DNA of 64,000 nt from an uncultured archaeon (GCA_964410585.1 CAYPFW010000001.1:192001-256000); one strand, 5' to 3'; counted from the stretch's first letter, positions 1 through 10,369 are shown. The notes: generated from the sequence alone by a model not told the origin. Program-made: numbers and translations.

Positions 1-40
1 CTTGAAATCTTCTAGCTTGGAGGAATTTTGAGATTTCCAT
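1..40 (-). CDS. 5' end of an ORF running off the left edge (MEISKFLQARRFQ...)
   Basis: ATG at 40-38, 2 nt after the stop of the 49-aa ORF; open to the window edge. Confidence 0.4.
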   Translation of the reverse strand, partial: MEISKFLQARRFQ

Positions 41-42
41 AT

Positions 43-192
43 TCAATTTTCATCTGTCTCCCATGGATGGTTTCTTTTTCCTGTTTCAACTGCCCATGGA
101 TGCGGCTTTTTTGTCTCTGACAAAAATTGACCAAGTTCAAATGGACCTATAGCATGTTTCTTCTCTTTCCAATCCAAATCTATCCATCCCAT
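43..192 (-). CDS. 49-aa peptide (MGWIDLDWKEKKHAIGPFELGQFLSETKKPHPWAVETGKRNHPWETDEN)
   Basis: Manual translation; AGAGGA SD-like site upstream; divergent from the Lrp regulator; not in ORF track. Confidence 0.55.
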   Translation of the reverse strand: MGWIDLDWKEKKHAIGPFELGQFLSETKKPHPWAVETGKRNHPWETDEN

Positions 193-296
193 ATTTTCCT
201 CTACTATATGGTAGTTATCTAGTTATTTAAGGTTTTTTGACCTTTTATCTGAAAAAGTAGGCAATATTTATATATTTGTCTGAATAAATAAGATAC

Positions 297-785
297 ATGA
301 CAGTAAGAAAGTATGATAGAGGTTTAGAGGTAAGTATAGACCAAAAAGACAGGCAAATAATGAATCTTCTTCAAGAAGATGGAAGAATGACTTTGAAAGA
401 AATAGGGAAAAAAGTAGGCCTCTCTATCGATTCTGTGAATAAGAGAGTAAAAAAGCTCCTCGAAACAAACAAGATGCATATAGGTGCATTTATCAATCCA
501 AAGGCTCTAGGATACGAGCTTGTTGCAGGGGTTTCTGTAAAAATAAGCAATGCAAGCGAGGAACAGCGCAACAATTTTATAGACTATCTGGTAAAAAGTC
601 CACATACAATAGAAGTCATAACCACTTTAGGCGAATTTGACATTATCTGTGTTTTCATAGCAAAAAACACAGAAGATTTAGACACAATTTACAGACACAT
701 CAGAAGCCAATTCAAGGACATAATCGCAGATTGGGAAAGTTCGATTAATCTGAAAGTGCATAAATTTGAAGAATACTGTCTTTAG
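297..785 (+). CDS. Lrp/AsnC family transcriptional regulator
   Basis: N-terminal 'IDQKDRQIMNLLQEDGRMTLKEIGKKVGLS..V..RVKKL' HTH; C-terminal RAM domain 'TTLGEFDI'. Confidence 0.93.
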   Translation: MTVRKYDRGLEVSIDQKDRQIMNLLQEDGRMTLKEIGKKVGLSIDSVNKRVKKLLETNKMHIGAFINPKALGYELVAGVSVKISNASEEQRNNFIDYLVKSPHTIEVITTLGEFDIICVFIAKNTEDLDTIYRHIRSQFKDIIADWESSINLKVHKFEEYCL

Positions 786-788
786 TTC

Positions 789-2798
789 CTATTCAATCCA
801 CCCATAGTATCTTTCTTCAAATGGAAGCTCAATCCTGTTTATTTGTGTATCTGGATTCTCCAAATCATTCATTTGCAAGAATTTGTCAGACATCGTGTAC
901 AAAACATTATCGATGTACATTGATCTCTTGACATCTGTTCCATAGTTGCCCCAGTAGTAGCCATCTTTTTCCAAAACAGACGGGTCTTCAACATGTGTTA
1001 TTTTTCCCCGAAGCTCAAAGCCTTTTTCAGGTGTCAAAGTGAACACATATGCACCTTGGAAAACATGATCTCCATAAGTGTTTGCCGGGACACCGTTTGG
1101 ATATTTTTCAGAGTCTATTTGTGAAACAGAAACTGGTATAACCAAAAGGTTCTTTTCTTTATCAAATAAGAAAGCTCTGTGATCATAAAGCGCAGGCGAT
1201 TCTGTACCTCTGCTTCCTATGTTGAATTTTGAAATTTCTTTTGGTTTTGTTGGGTCAGAGACGTCAAAAAGGGCAAGTTTAACCCCTTGATACCAAGCAA
1301 AATCACCTTCTTCTGCTTCAGTAGCTTCTTTTCCTACACCAATTATCAAATTTTCAGAGTAAGGATGCAAATAATCTGAGTATCCTGGTATTTTCAACTG
1401 ACCTAAAACTTTTGGGTTTGTTGGATCAGAAAGATCAAAAACAAACAAAGGATCGACTTTTTTGAAAGTTACTAAATAGCCCCTATCGCCCATGAATCTT
1501 ACTGAATATATACTTTCACCAGGAGCTAAATTTTCAAGCTTTCCTACAACATCCAATTTATCGTTTAAAATATACACATTATTTTGCGTATCACTTCCAC
1601 CCCTTGAAAGTTGTCCGCTTGTTGTTGCTATTCTGAAAAACCCTTTATTCTCATCCATTGAAAATTGATTCAAAATGTGACCAGGAACATTACCCTGATA
1701 TTGATATTTTATGTCACCTTTATCGATTGATATTCTATGTATGATTGTTTTTTCGTCTCTAAGTACTATAGGCGATCTGATCACAGAATCTATTGTACTG
1801 ACAACTGGATCCTGATCGCTTACAGAATATTCATAAGATGTTTGAGTTATGTAAATATTTCCTTGTGAAACATACAAATTGTCTGAGCCACCTGTTAAAA
1901 ATATTTTGCTTTTAATATCCCTTGTTTGATCTTGTGTATTGATTGAAAGAATAGTTGTGAATCTGTAGTAAGATGATGGGATATCAAAATAGGATATATC
2001 ACTGACAGTGCAGCAAACCTCTTTTTCATTATCACTTATCAAAGGAATGACAGGATCCCTATCTCCATAATAGTATGTATCCTTGTTTATCAAAACATAT
2101 ACATAGTCACCTATCATTCTTGAATTGAAGTAAGATCCTTCTGCATGTATATTTCTCTCTAAAACAGGATTAGATCTATCAGATAAATCATAGATTTTTA
2201 CAAAAGCAATTTGTTCATATCTTGGATAATAATCTGGAACTATCATCATTTTTGAAACAGTATCTGAAGGTTCTTGCTGAGCCTCTATTGGCTTATTTTC
2301 CCAGCCAAAAACAACAAGTTTATCCTTGTTGATGAAAATTTCATTTACTCCGCCGCTAATGTTTATTTGAGATAAGATTTTTGCTTTTTCTGCTGGAAAT
2401 GCATCTATTATTGAAATAATTGAATCAGAAACAACATAAATATACCTACCATCTGATTTAACTATATCAGCTTCGTCAACACCCTCTACCTGAATATTTG
2501 TTGTTGAATAAGACTGACCACCAGAAGATGCAGCATCCTCGACCATCATTGGAGCCATTATTCCAATATCTTTAGTTAAAAAATAGTCATATCTACCATA
2601 GCTCTGAGATGATTTTTCCAAAAATGCTTTTAGTTCACTTAAAGATGTAAAGGTTTTCAAATGTTGAGGCTCAACACCACCAGGAATTGGCATCTTTTTG
2701 TATGTATAATAAGCGAATACACTTCCTAAAATTATACCCACTAAAACTAAGGCAATTACAACTTCTTTGATGCCTGATTTTGAATATCTTGATTTCAT
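789..2798 (-). CDS. Membrane-anchored beta-propeller domain protein (Beta_propel family)
   Basis: N-terminal TM; family motifs 'YSTTNIQVEGVDEADIVKSDG', 'NQFSMDE', 'YLVTFKKVDPLFVFDLSDP', 'LKIPGYSDYLHP'. Confidence 0.88.
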   Translation of the reverse strand: MKSRYSKSGIKEVVIALVLVGIILGSVFAYYTYKKMPIPGGVEPQHLKTFTSLSELKAFLEKSSQSYGRYDYFLTKDIGIMAPMMVEDAASSGGQSYSTTNIQVEGVDEADIVKSDGRYIYVVSDSIISIIDAFPAEKAKILSQINISGGVNEIFINKDKLVVFGWENKPIEAQQEPSDTVSKMMIVPDYYPRYEQIAFVKIYDLSDRSNPVLERNIHAEGSYFNSRMIGDYVYVLINKDTYYYGDRDPVIPLISDNEKEVCCTVSDISYFDIPSSYYRFTTILSINTQDQTRDIKSKIFLTGGSDNLYVSQGNIYITQTSYEYSVSDQDPVVSTIDSVIRSPIVLRDEKTIIHRISIDKGDIKYQYQGNVPGHILNQFSMDENKGFFRIATTSGQLSRGGSDTQNNVYILNDKLDVVGKLENLAPGESIYSVRFMGDRGYLVTFKKVDPLFVFDLSDPTNPKVLGQLKIPGYSDYLHPYSENLIIGVGKEATEAEEGDFAWYQGVKLALFDVSDPTKPKEISKFNIGSRGTESPALYDHRAFLFDKEKNLLVIPVSVSQIDSEKYPNGVPANTYGDHVFQGAYVFTLTPEKGFELRGKITHVEDPSVLEKDGYYWGNYGTDVKRSMYIDNVLYTMSDKFLQMNDLENPDTQINRIELPFEERYYGWIE

Positions 2799-2861
2799 AC
2801 AAGTATTTGTTGCGATCTAGATATAAACCATATACTGTTTTTCGACGGTTTCAACCGAATA

Positions 2862-4874
2862 TCACTCGAGTACTTGTGTTGCACCATGACTTTTTTTATC
2901 TCTTTCTAGCCTATAAATGGAACCATTTGTGTCGTTTATGAAGTCTGCTATTGAATCCTCATGTGTTATCAAAAATACCTGTTTAACAAATTCAGATATT
3001 TTATCTTTTAGAACATAGGAAAAATTGCTTATTGCGCTTGCATCTAAATTGTGAGTTGGCTCATCCAAAATAAGCCATTTCAAGTTAGGTGTGAAAGCCA
3101 AAGAAAATGCAATTCGTAGAGCAAGGCAGCATAGTGTTCTTTCACCACCTGAAAGCATTTCAACCGGGACCCAATTATTTCCAACTCTTGTTTCTAAAAT
3201 ATAGTCATCGTCTATTTTGAGCCTCACAGATTCCAAGTCGTCATATGGATAGAGATCGTTCCAAATCTTTTCCATTATTAAATTCACATTTTTCAAAAAT
3301 TCGGTTCTCAAGATTTCTTGTGTCAATTCAATTGATTTGACAAATTTGGAAATCTCATCAACATACTTATCGGTCTTACCAACATCTACTCTATATTTTT
3401 CCAACAAACCGAACCTCTCTTTAAGGCTAGTATATATTGTTTTGTTTTTCACTTCAATCTGTTCCAATCCAGAAATTTTCGCAATTAAAGTAGCCTCTTT
3501 TGATTGTAGAATGGCAAGCATTTCTCTTGTATTTCTTATCTCATTTTCATTTATCAATGGCTTCAATGTTTTTATCCTATTTTCAATATCCGCTTTTGCT
3601 AAATTGTTTTTTTCTACCTTTGATTTTAGATCGGCTAATACATCAAATTCAGACAACAAATTTTTTAATTCGTAAGTTCGCTTCTCAAAAGCTTTTATCG
3701 AGCTTTTTATATCATAGACCTCTTCCGTCAAATTTTCCAAATTCTTTACACAGGAATTTACTTCTGATCTCAAAACATCTTCTTTTTCTTGTCTTGATTT
3801 AATAAGCTGCTGTCGCTTGTTTTCATTTATTTCAGATTCACAAACATGACATTTATTTCCCAAATTTAAGATATCTCTAACTTCTTTTGTTATCAGCCTC
3901 AATTCGGTGTTAAGCGATGATATTTTTTCTCTCTTTTCATCATGTTCCCTTTCTTTTGATTTTAGAACCTCTTCAAATTCCTTTATTGATTTTTTTGTTT
4001 TATCCAGCTCATTATCAATTTCGTATAGATTTAATTCTGCCAGTTTTTGTGTTTTTTGACTAAGTATATATTCAATTTCCTTTAGGCTGTTTTCTATTCC
4101 TATTAGCAGCTTTTCGTTTTTAACAAGCTCTTTCCAATTATTTTCAATTTCATAAAGTTTTTTGGATGTATTATTCTTTTCCTCTTTTGCTTTTTCTAAT
4201 TCTTCAACATATTCCTTTTCCCTTTTTACTATTTCATTTAATTCTGTTTCTATTTTTTTTAGTTTTTCCTCAAGATTTTCTGTTTCCAAATCCTTTATTG
4301 TTTTCAGTTTTTCCTTTTTCCTTTCTATCATGTTGTTTTTGATTTTTGTTATCGATTCTCTAGCTCTTTCAAACCTATCAACTTTAAGCATTTCATCTAT
4401 GTATTGCATTCTTTTTCCTTTTGGTATTGTCAAAAAATAGTCGATATTGTTTTGTTCTGAATAAATTGCACGAGAGAAAAGAGAATAGTCTATTTTCAAA
4501 AGATTCTCAACATAATCTGTGACGTTTGTTGGACTAATGTCCAAAAGTTTTTCATTTTCTCTTATTTCTGCATATGTGGTCCCCTTGCCTCTTTCTATTA
4601 CCCTTTTGATTTTGTATTTGTTTCCATTGACAAGGAAATCCAACTCTATTTCAGACTTTTCCTGTCTATTTGGTTTGTTCATTATAAGATCGTCCAAACC
4701 TATTTTTCTAGAATTGTGCAGAGGGAATGTACCAAAGAGAGCAAAGCAGATAGAATCCATTACAGAAGATTTTCCAGACCCCATTATACCAACAAGTGCA
4801 TTTACTCCTGGAGTAAACTGAAAATCTGATTCTAAATGCGATTTCCAATTCTTGAGAGAAACTTTAGAAATCAT
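2862..4874 (-). CDS. rad50: Rad50/SbcC-like SMC-family ATPase
   Basis: Walker A GIMGSGKS, Q-loop, long coiled coil with central CHVC zinc hook, LSGGE signature, Walker B LILDEPT, ITH H-loop. Confidence 0.85.
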   Translation of the reverse strand: MISKVSLKNWKSHLESDFQFTPGVNALVGIMGSGKSSVMDSICFALFGTFPLHNSRKIGLDDLIMNKPNRQEKSEIELDFLVNGNKYKIKRVIERGKGTTYAEIRENEKLLDISPTNVTDYVENLLKIDYSLFSRAIYSEQNNIDYFLTIPKGKRMQYIDEMLKVDRFERARESITKIKNNMIERKKEKLKTIKDLETENLEEKLKKIETELNEIVKREKEYVEELEKAKEEKNNTSKKLYEIENNWKELVKNEKLLIGIENSLKEIEYILSQKTQKLAELNLYEIDNELDKTKKSIKEFEEVLKSKEREHDEKREKISSLNTELRLITKEVRDILNLGNKCHVCESEINENKRQQLIKSRQEKEDVLRSEVNSCVKNLENLTEEVYDIKSSIKAFEKRTYELKNLLSEFDVLADLKSKVEKNNLAKADIENRIKTLKPLINENEIRNTREMLAILQSKEATLIAKISGLEQIEVKNKTIYTSLKERFGLLEKYRVDVGKTDKYVDEISKFVKSIELTQEILRTEFLKNVNLIMEKIWNDLYPYDDLESVRLKIDDDYILETRVGNNWVPVEMLSGGERTLCCLALRIAFSLAFTPNLKWLILDEPTHNLDASAISNFSYVLKDKISEFVKQVFLITHEDSIADFINDTNGSIYRLERDKKSHGATQVLE

Positions 4875-4927
4875 AGTAGTATAATATAGTACAAAGACTT
4901 TTCTTCTTTTCTATTTCGGATTTTGAC

Positions 4928-5767
4928 TCAAAATCTTATAATAGACAAAATAAATAGAATTCCACCTAATATGTATAAAATCTGAAGCTTTCTGTATGAT
5001 TTTTCCACATCATCTTTCATCCTTTTGTGCTCAACAAAAACCAATGCACCGAAGACAATTGATAACCATGCAAGAAGATTTAGAAAACCTATTCCAGCTA
5101 GATATAAAATCACCAAACCAGCCAAGCCAATCAGACCTTGGGAAATTCTTTTCATTTTTTTGAGGCCGAGCTTTGTTGAAGTTGTTGTGACAAAACCTTT
5201 TTTATCGTCTTCTATATCCCTTACCTGGAGAAGGATGTGACCACTTGCTGAAATAAAAAAAGGAACAAGACCCAAAACATGTTGAGCCAAGTTTATTTGG
5301 ATCCCGGAAACAAAAAGAGCCAAGTAAAATGGAATCCAACCATACCCTATACCATTCCAAATTGTCTCAAAAAATGGCCTTTCTTTTATTCTGATTGGTG
5401 GTGCCGAATACGTGAAAACCATGAAGTTTGCAAACAAAACAAGGAGCAAAGAATTTGAATTTAAGAAAAAACTAAGAAAAATAGAGGCTAAAACAACTAC
5501 TAAGCTGAATACGGCTGCTGTCTTTTTTGAAATTTTTCCAGCAGCGACAGGAAACCTATACAATTGCTTGCTTTTTCTGTCTGTTTCAACATCAAAATAA
5601 TGGTTAATTGTTATTGAAGATGTACAAAGCAAAATTGCAATAATTGCACCGATAAAGTGTTCAAAAATAATTCTTTGTGAAGCCAAAGCACCAATTAAAA
5701 AAATAGCTAACCCAAAAGCCCACAAATTTGGACGGACAAAGTGGTTCCAATCGTTTAGAGATGACAT
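4928..5767 (-). CDS. UbiA-family prenyltransferase
   Basis: Multi-TM; 'NHYFDVETD', 'YSAPPIRIKERP', 'RDIEDD' Asp-rich motifs. Confidence 0.88.
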   Translation of the reverse strand: MSSLNDWNHFVRPNLWAFGLAIFLIGALASQRIIFEHFIGAIIAILLCTSSITINHYFDVETDRKSKQLYRFPVAAGKISKKTAAVFSLVVVLASIFLSFFLNSNSLLLVLFANFMVFTYSAPPIRIKERPFFETIWNGIGYGWIPFYLALFVSGIQINLAQHVLGLVPFFISASGHILLQVRDIEDDKKGFVTTTSTKLGLKKMKRISQGLIGLAGLVILYLAGIGFLNLLAWLSIVFGALVFVEHKRMKDDVEKSYRKLQILYILGGILFILSIIRF

Positions 5768-5768
5768 A

Positions 5769-6404
5769 TTATATTTTTTTTATAACTCCGGGATTTGGCT
5801 CGTAACAAATTCCTCCAGAAAGCAAATCATCTATAACAGCTTCTATGTCTTCTGGTTTTGCCTTGACATTTTTTAGGATTTTTGTGTATTCGATTCCAGT
5901 TTTGCTTTCCTCAATCATTTTCAAAATTTGGTCTCGTAGAGAATCTAGTTTTACTGCTGGTTGAGACGTAGAAACTTTTTCTTTTATTCCATGCTTTTTT
6001 GATTTTGCTAAAATTTCCAATTTTCTAAGAAGCTCTAAATTTGGGTCGTCGATTTTTTGGACAATTTCATTTGTCAGATAAACCTCACCGTTGTATTCCC
6101 TGACTTTTCCAACAATATCTATCATATCGCCAACATTCAGGTTTTGAAGATTTTTTGTATCTTTCCAAGCCTTTACTCTTATTGTGTCTGTACCGTCATC
6201 CAAAGTAGCAGAAGCAAATTCTTTGTCATCAGAAACAAATCTGTTCACAACAGTTGCTAAAATTCTTACACGTCCTATTTCCTCCCCATATTCTGATATT
6301 AGGACCTTTTGACCTTCCTTTTCTTCAATTTTTCCATTTACCAAATCTGAAATTTTGACTTTTTTTGCTACTTGTCTTTTGAATTGTTGTTTTTGCTCTA
6401 CCAT
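5769..6404 (-). CDS. RPA32/RPA2-like OB-fold protein with C-terminal winged helix
   Basis: 'RQVAKKVKI..L..G', 'TLDDGTDTIRVKAW', C-terminal 'LLSGGICYEP.PG'; likely start at MVEQ (6404). Confidence 0.8.
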   Translation of the reverse strand: MVEQKQQFKRQVAKKVKISDLVNGKIEEKEGQKVLISEYGEEIGRVRILATVVNRFVSDDKEFASATLDDGTDTIRVKAWKDTKNLQNLNVGDMIDIVGKVREYNGEVYLTNEIVQKIDDPNLELLRKLEILAKSKKHGIKEKVSTSQPAVKLDSLRDQILKMIEESKTGIEYTKILKNVKAKPEDIEAVIDDLLSGGICYEPNPGVIKKI

Positions 6405-6513
6405 AGCTATCCTTTTCTTTTCAGAAAAGAAAGGTATACCGTACCCAAAAGAAAACGGTTTACAAATCAAAACGAAAAGTAATGAAAGAATTGGAATCTG
6501 GATTTATATTGTT

Positions 6514-8070
6514 TTAAGACTTGGAAGATTTCCAAAGAAGTTCAAACTGTTTCTTGTGAGCCTCGTAGACGTTTTTGTTGTTGATTATCAGAAGTATAGG
6601 TTCTTTCTCTGTCCATTGTGTAATCGCAACCTTCTTGCTGTAGATCCAAATAACGTTTGGGTTCAAAAATTCATTTGACACGTATCTTACTTCCTGATTT
6701 TTTATTTTCAGAAAAGGGTTTTTCTTAGCTCCAAAGTCCACAATATTTTTTATTTTTGTCCCATTTTTGATCAATAAGTTCTCAAAAATTTTTAGATTTT
6801 CAGGATGCTTGTCAAAATAATATCCTCTAGCACCGATGAAATAAACTTCTTCACCTGTTTGTGCAAATTCTTTATGATTTTCCCATAAAGGACCAAATCC
6901 TCTCAATGTTTCTGTTTCGGGATCCCATAAACCATCAAAGTAAGCTTTGAAATTTTTATACAAAGTTGGAGACTCTATTTCAAAACATACCATTTCTTCT
7001 TTTTCCCATAAAAACATCAGAACTTTGTTGTCCCTGTATAGGTTGATTTGCATTGGGCTAGAAAATTTAAAAGGCAATCTTTTAATCCCAGTTATTTTCA
7101 TTTCAGGATCTCCTGCATGTATAGGGAGATTTTTTATTTCTTCAAAATATTCTGGTATGCAAAGCAAATTGGCTTTAATTTTTCTTCTTATCCTTTCTTT
7201 GTGATAATCAGCAAACCAGTCCCTTAACTTTTTCCCACCAAAACCATATCCAGCACCAAGAACAAAATACTCATCTCCTATTTTCATCTCATCCATCATG
7301 GAAGCAAATTTTTCTGTGACTGCATCAAATCCTTTGTATATTTTCACATCCCGATTCCAGAGAAGATTGAAGTAATTTCTGAACGAGTCTGCAAGAGTCT
7401 TGTTTTCTATATGGAAGAGAAAAGGCTTCTCAGCAAACACACGTATATCGACAATGTTCCCAAAAATATCAATATCAGCAGGCGTCTCAAGCTCTTTTGG
7501 TAAATATTTTGATTCTGTTAGCCCGAGTTTTTCTCTTTCTTTTCCCAATTTTCTTATAGACTCGCTCCACAACAGCCTTGCCCTTATACCTGCTTTAACA
7601 CGTCTATTGTGATAACTTTCCCAATATGATTCTAGAGGCTTGTGTGAAAACGGAGATGCACCTAAAATAAGAATTTCTTCCCCTTTGTTTAAAATTTTCA
7701 GTGACCTATCTCTTGCCGTTTTGATACCCTTCACACCCTCCAAAACATAGGCTTCTTGTTTTTGTTTTGCTAACTCTTTTTTCTTTTTGAGATCTGGGAG
7801 AATTTCTAAAAGATTTTCCTCCCTTTCCCTTAAAACATCTAAAAGGTTTTCAGGGTCAGCTGCCTCAAAAAATCTGATCCCATCCTTGACAACATAGCTA
7901 ACCATTCCTTGATCAATTAGTCTTTGGAGAATCGAATAAACAGTAGCTTTGTGCAGGCCGGATTTTTTGATAATTTGTCCCGTAGTTGTCGATCCTGTAT
8001 CTAAGAGTATTAAATAAACTTCAGCTTCCCTTTCCGTGAGTCCAAGGCTTTGTAGGATTTTTGTATTCAT
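6514..8070 (-). CDS. TrmB-family HTH regulator with three tandem effector-like domains
   Basis: 'LGLTEREAEVYLILL..G..T...I.KKSGL....VY..L..L' TrmB HTH; three repeats each ending 'F..LW'. Confidence 0.8.
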   Translation of the reverse strand: MNTKILQSLGLTEREAEVYLILLDTGSTTTGQIIKKSGLHKATVYSILQRLIDQGMVSYVVKDGIRFFEAADPENLLDVLREREENLLEILPDLKKKKELAKQKQEAYVLEGVKGIKTARDRSLKILNKGEEILILGASPFSHKPLESYWESYHNRRVKAGIRARLLWSESIRKLGKEREKLGLTESKYLPKELETPADIDIFGNIVDIRVFAEKPFLFHIENKTLADSFRNYFNLLWNRDVKIYKGFDAVTEKFASMMDEMKIGDEYFVLGAGYGFGGKKLRDWFADYHKERIRRKIKANLLCIPEYFEEIKNLPIHAGDPEMKITGIKRLPFKFSSPMQINLYRDNKVLMFLWEKEEMVCFEIESPTLYKNFKAYFDGLWDPETETLRGFGPLWENHKEFAQTGEEVYFIGARGYYFDKHPENLKIFENLLIKNGTKIKNIVDFGAKKNPFLKIKNQEVRYVSNEFLNPNVIWIYSKKVAITQWTEKEPILLIINNKNVYEAHKKQFELLWKSSKS

Positions 8071-8135
8071 AGTAGTATAGATTTAGACTACCAAAATATA
8101 AAAACTTTACAGGTATCTATAAGTGGTGAAACTGA

Positions 8136-9605
8136 ATGTCTTACAAACCCTTAGAAGATCGCCTTGTACTTCGAAATCCCAACACAGGCACCATCGTTGG
8201 AACACTTCCTATCGACGTTGTTGCGCTACCCGAACGCACAGTCCAACGATACGGAACCCTAACAGTAACAGAACTTCGTCAGAAGGTTGTTGAGCTTGAA
8301 GCGAAATGTAGGTACTTTGAAGATATGCTATGGTCAGATGCTTCAAAAACAGAGAGAAAAGACCTGAGAGATAAAATCGCAGAATGCCTCGATACGCTAG
8401 ACTACCGCTTTAGAGCATCACCTTTGGTTGATCCTGATATGCTAGACTACTCTTATCCTGTAATGGATCTGGAATCTAGTCAATTGTGGTTCGAGCACTT
8501 GAATGCCGAGATTGAAGTCTTGAAGATATGGAAACGATATGCAATGGGACTGCAAAATGAACACGATGCGCTTATAGAACATCAAAAAATATCATCCAAT
8601 AGGTCACGGCTTCCACCTCAAACAGAAAAACCAGAAATCTGTCAATATTCTCTCGAACAGAGCTTGCGCATGTTTAAAGTGAATGAAAAGTCAATCCCAG
8701 AATCTATCGAGAGACTTGTGAAGAATTTTCAAGCAGCATATATAAGATGCAGAACCGCACTTGCCGAAGCTGATCATAGACAACCTGAGGAATGTACAGA
8801 AACCAAAAAAACTGAAAAAGAAGACACAACACTTCTGAGAACACGATCCCCATTTACATCTTGGGTTTTTTTCTGGGGAACATATCTTTTGTATGGCCCA
8901 AAGGACGGCCTTGAAAGGGTCCACGCATATACTATCTCTCTTGATGCGCTGGAAAGTGATCTTAGCAATCAGTTAAAATTTAAATTAAAGGGTGAAGAGA
9001 AATTGAAATCGCTCACACAAGAACTGAGAGATAGGTATTCGGAGATTAGTCGGGTGCAATTTGAATTGGAAGGCAATGTCAGTGATTTAGAACCCTGGAT
9101 GCGATATGCACACAAGCTAGAAAAAAAGATTACCCAGATTCGTGAAGCGATCAAACAACAGAGAAGAAATAAACGACTGAATAGAAAGTCGCAAGAAAAT
9201 GTGGCAACTGATTCCGTGTTCCAGAGGCGAACAGAGAAAGGACATGTTCCTACATTTGAAGAGATGGAAAGAGATGATGACCTTGAAATAGACGATGATT
9301 TCCTTTCGAGACCTGATGGATTTCTTGATCTACTAGAAGAACAAAAGCGATCTGCAGCTATCACTTCAACACCTAGTGCTTCTAATGAAGCTCCAAAACA
9401 CGTTCCTTATAATTCAGGGTATAATCCAAGTTATGATTACACAGATGAGGTTGCTATTTCAGAACGTCGTGATAGGGAACTTGAAAAAGCTAAGAGAGCA
9501 CGTGAAAGGGAGGAAGAAGAACAATTCAAAAAAGAACGTAGAGAAGATTATAGAAGGCATAAAGCTGAACGAAATAAAGGCAAACCGCGCCATAAATGGA
9601 TTTAG
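8136..9605 (+). CDS. Hypothetical coiled-coil protein with internal duplication
   Basis: 489-aa ORF; repeated 'L..W.RYA..L' motif; charged C-terminus. Confidence 0.65.
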   Translation: MSYKPLEDRLVLRNPNTGTIVGTLPIDVVALPERTVQRYGTLTVTELRQKVVELEAKCRYFEDMLWSDASKTERKDLRDKIAECLDTLDYRFRASPLVDPDMLDYSYPVMDLESSQLWFEHLNAEIEVLKIWKRYAMGLQNEHDALIEHQKISSNRSRLPPQTEKPEICQYSLEQSLRMFKVNEKSIPESIERLVKNFQAAYIRCRTALAEADHRQPEECTETKKTEKEDTTLLRTRSPFTSWVFFWGTYLLYGPKDGLERVHAYTISLDALESDLSNQLKFKLKGEEKLKSLTQELRDRYSEISRVQFELEGNVSDLEPWMRYAHKLEKKITQIREAIKQQRRNKRLNRKSQENVATDSVFQRRTEKGHVPTFEEMERDDDLEIDDDFLSRPDGFLDLLEEQKRSAAITSTPSASNEAPKHVPYNSGYNPSYDYTDEVAISERRDRELEKAKRAREREEEEQFKKERREDYRRHKAERNKGKPRHKWI

Positions 9606-9609
9606 TGAT

Positions 9610-9750
9610 ATGACAGAAAAATACTATGCTTTACCCTTGCTGGGAAACGGAAACTATTCGGATATTGGAGAAGTTGTTGTAAGAAAGAATTTAACTACAA
9701 AATTTAGAAGGGTGGGAGCTGATGTCTACCATATTCTAGAGGATCAATAA
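9610..9750 (+). CDS. Small hypothetical protein (46 aa, MTEKYYALPLLG...)
   Basis: Fills the gap between two co-oriented genes with 4-nt and 1-nt spacing. Confidence 0.5.
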   Translation: MTEKYYALPLLGNGNYSDIGEVVVRKNLTTKFRRVGADVYHILEDQ

Positions 9751-9751
9751 T

Positions 9752-10369
9752 ATGTTTAAAAAACTTTGTCTAGCATTGGCCCTTGTTGCAGGATGTGCAG
9801 CACCGACAAATAAACATTCGTCATTAGAATTGATAAGAGACCAGAGAGAATTTACATCAGTAACTGCACAAGGTGGTTTTAATTTAGGCGAGACAAGATT
9901 TTTTGGAAACTTGGATTTGAACTCACCATACAACAGGGCAGATACGTCGGATCTAGCAAGATTCAATGGAAGAGCAAGATTAGTAAGGCCTGTTTACAAC
10001 GGTTTTGGTTTGACATCAGAATACAAAGCTTTTAGTGGAGACAATAATGATGTTGCTGGTTTTGGTGTTTCATATTCACCAATTAAAGGGATTGAAGTAA
10101 GAACCTATCCTTTGAAAACAGACGGAGAAACAAAAGAAATTTGCCTCTCGTTTGGTAGGGTTTTTGAGGCTGGAAAACTTGACCCATATGTGCGCGGGTT
10201 TTTCGATTTTGGAAAATCAAAACAAAACTATTCTGTTGGAGAAATACAGCTTGGTTTAAAAACAGAAAATGGTTTCAGGGTTTTTACTGAACTTAGGCAT
10301 TCTGAAATGGAAAGAAGAAATGGAATAAAAAGTCCAGCGGCTTCTTTCGGTTTGGGTTTTGACTTCTAA
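9752..10369 (+). CDS. Exported lipoprotein with predicted amphipathic beta-strands (beta-barrel-like)
   Basis: Lipobox LVAGC; alternating hydrophobic pattern; C-terminal 'SFGLGFDF'. Confidence 0.6.
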   Translation: MFKKLCLALALVAGCAAPTNKHSSLELIRDQREFTSVTAQGGFNLGETRFFGNLDLNSPYNRADTSDLARFNGRARLVRPVYNGFGLTSEYKAFSGDNNDVAGFGVSYSPIKGIEVRTYPLKTDGETKEICLSFGRVFEAGKLDPYVRGFFDFGKSKQNYSVGEIQLGLKTENGFRVFTELRHSEMERRNGIKSPAASFGLGFDF

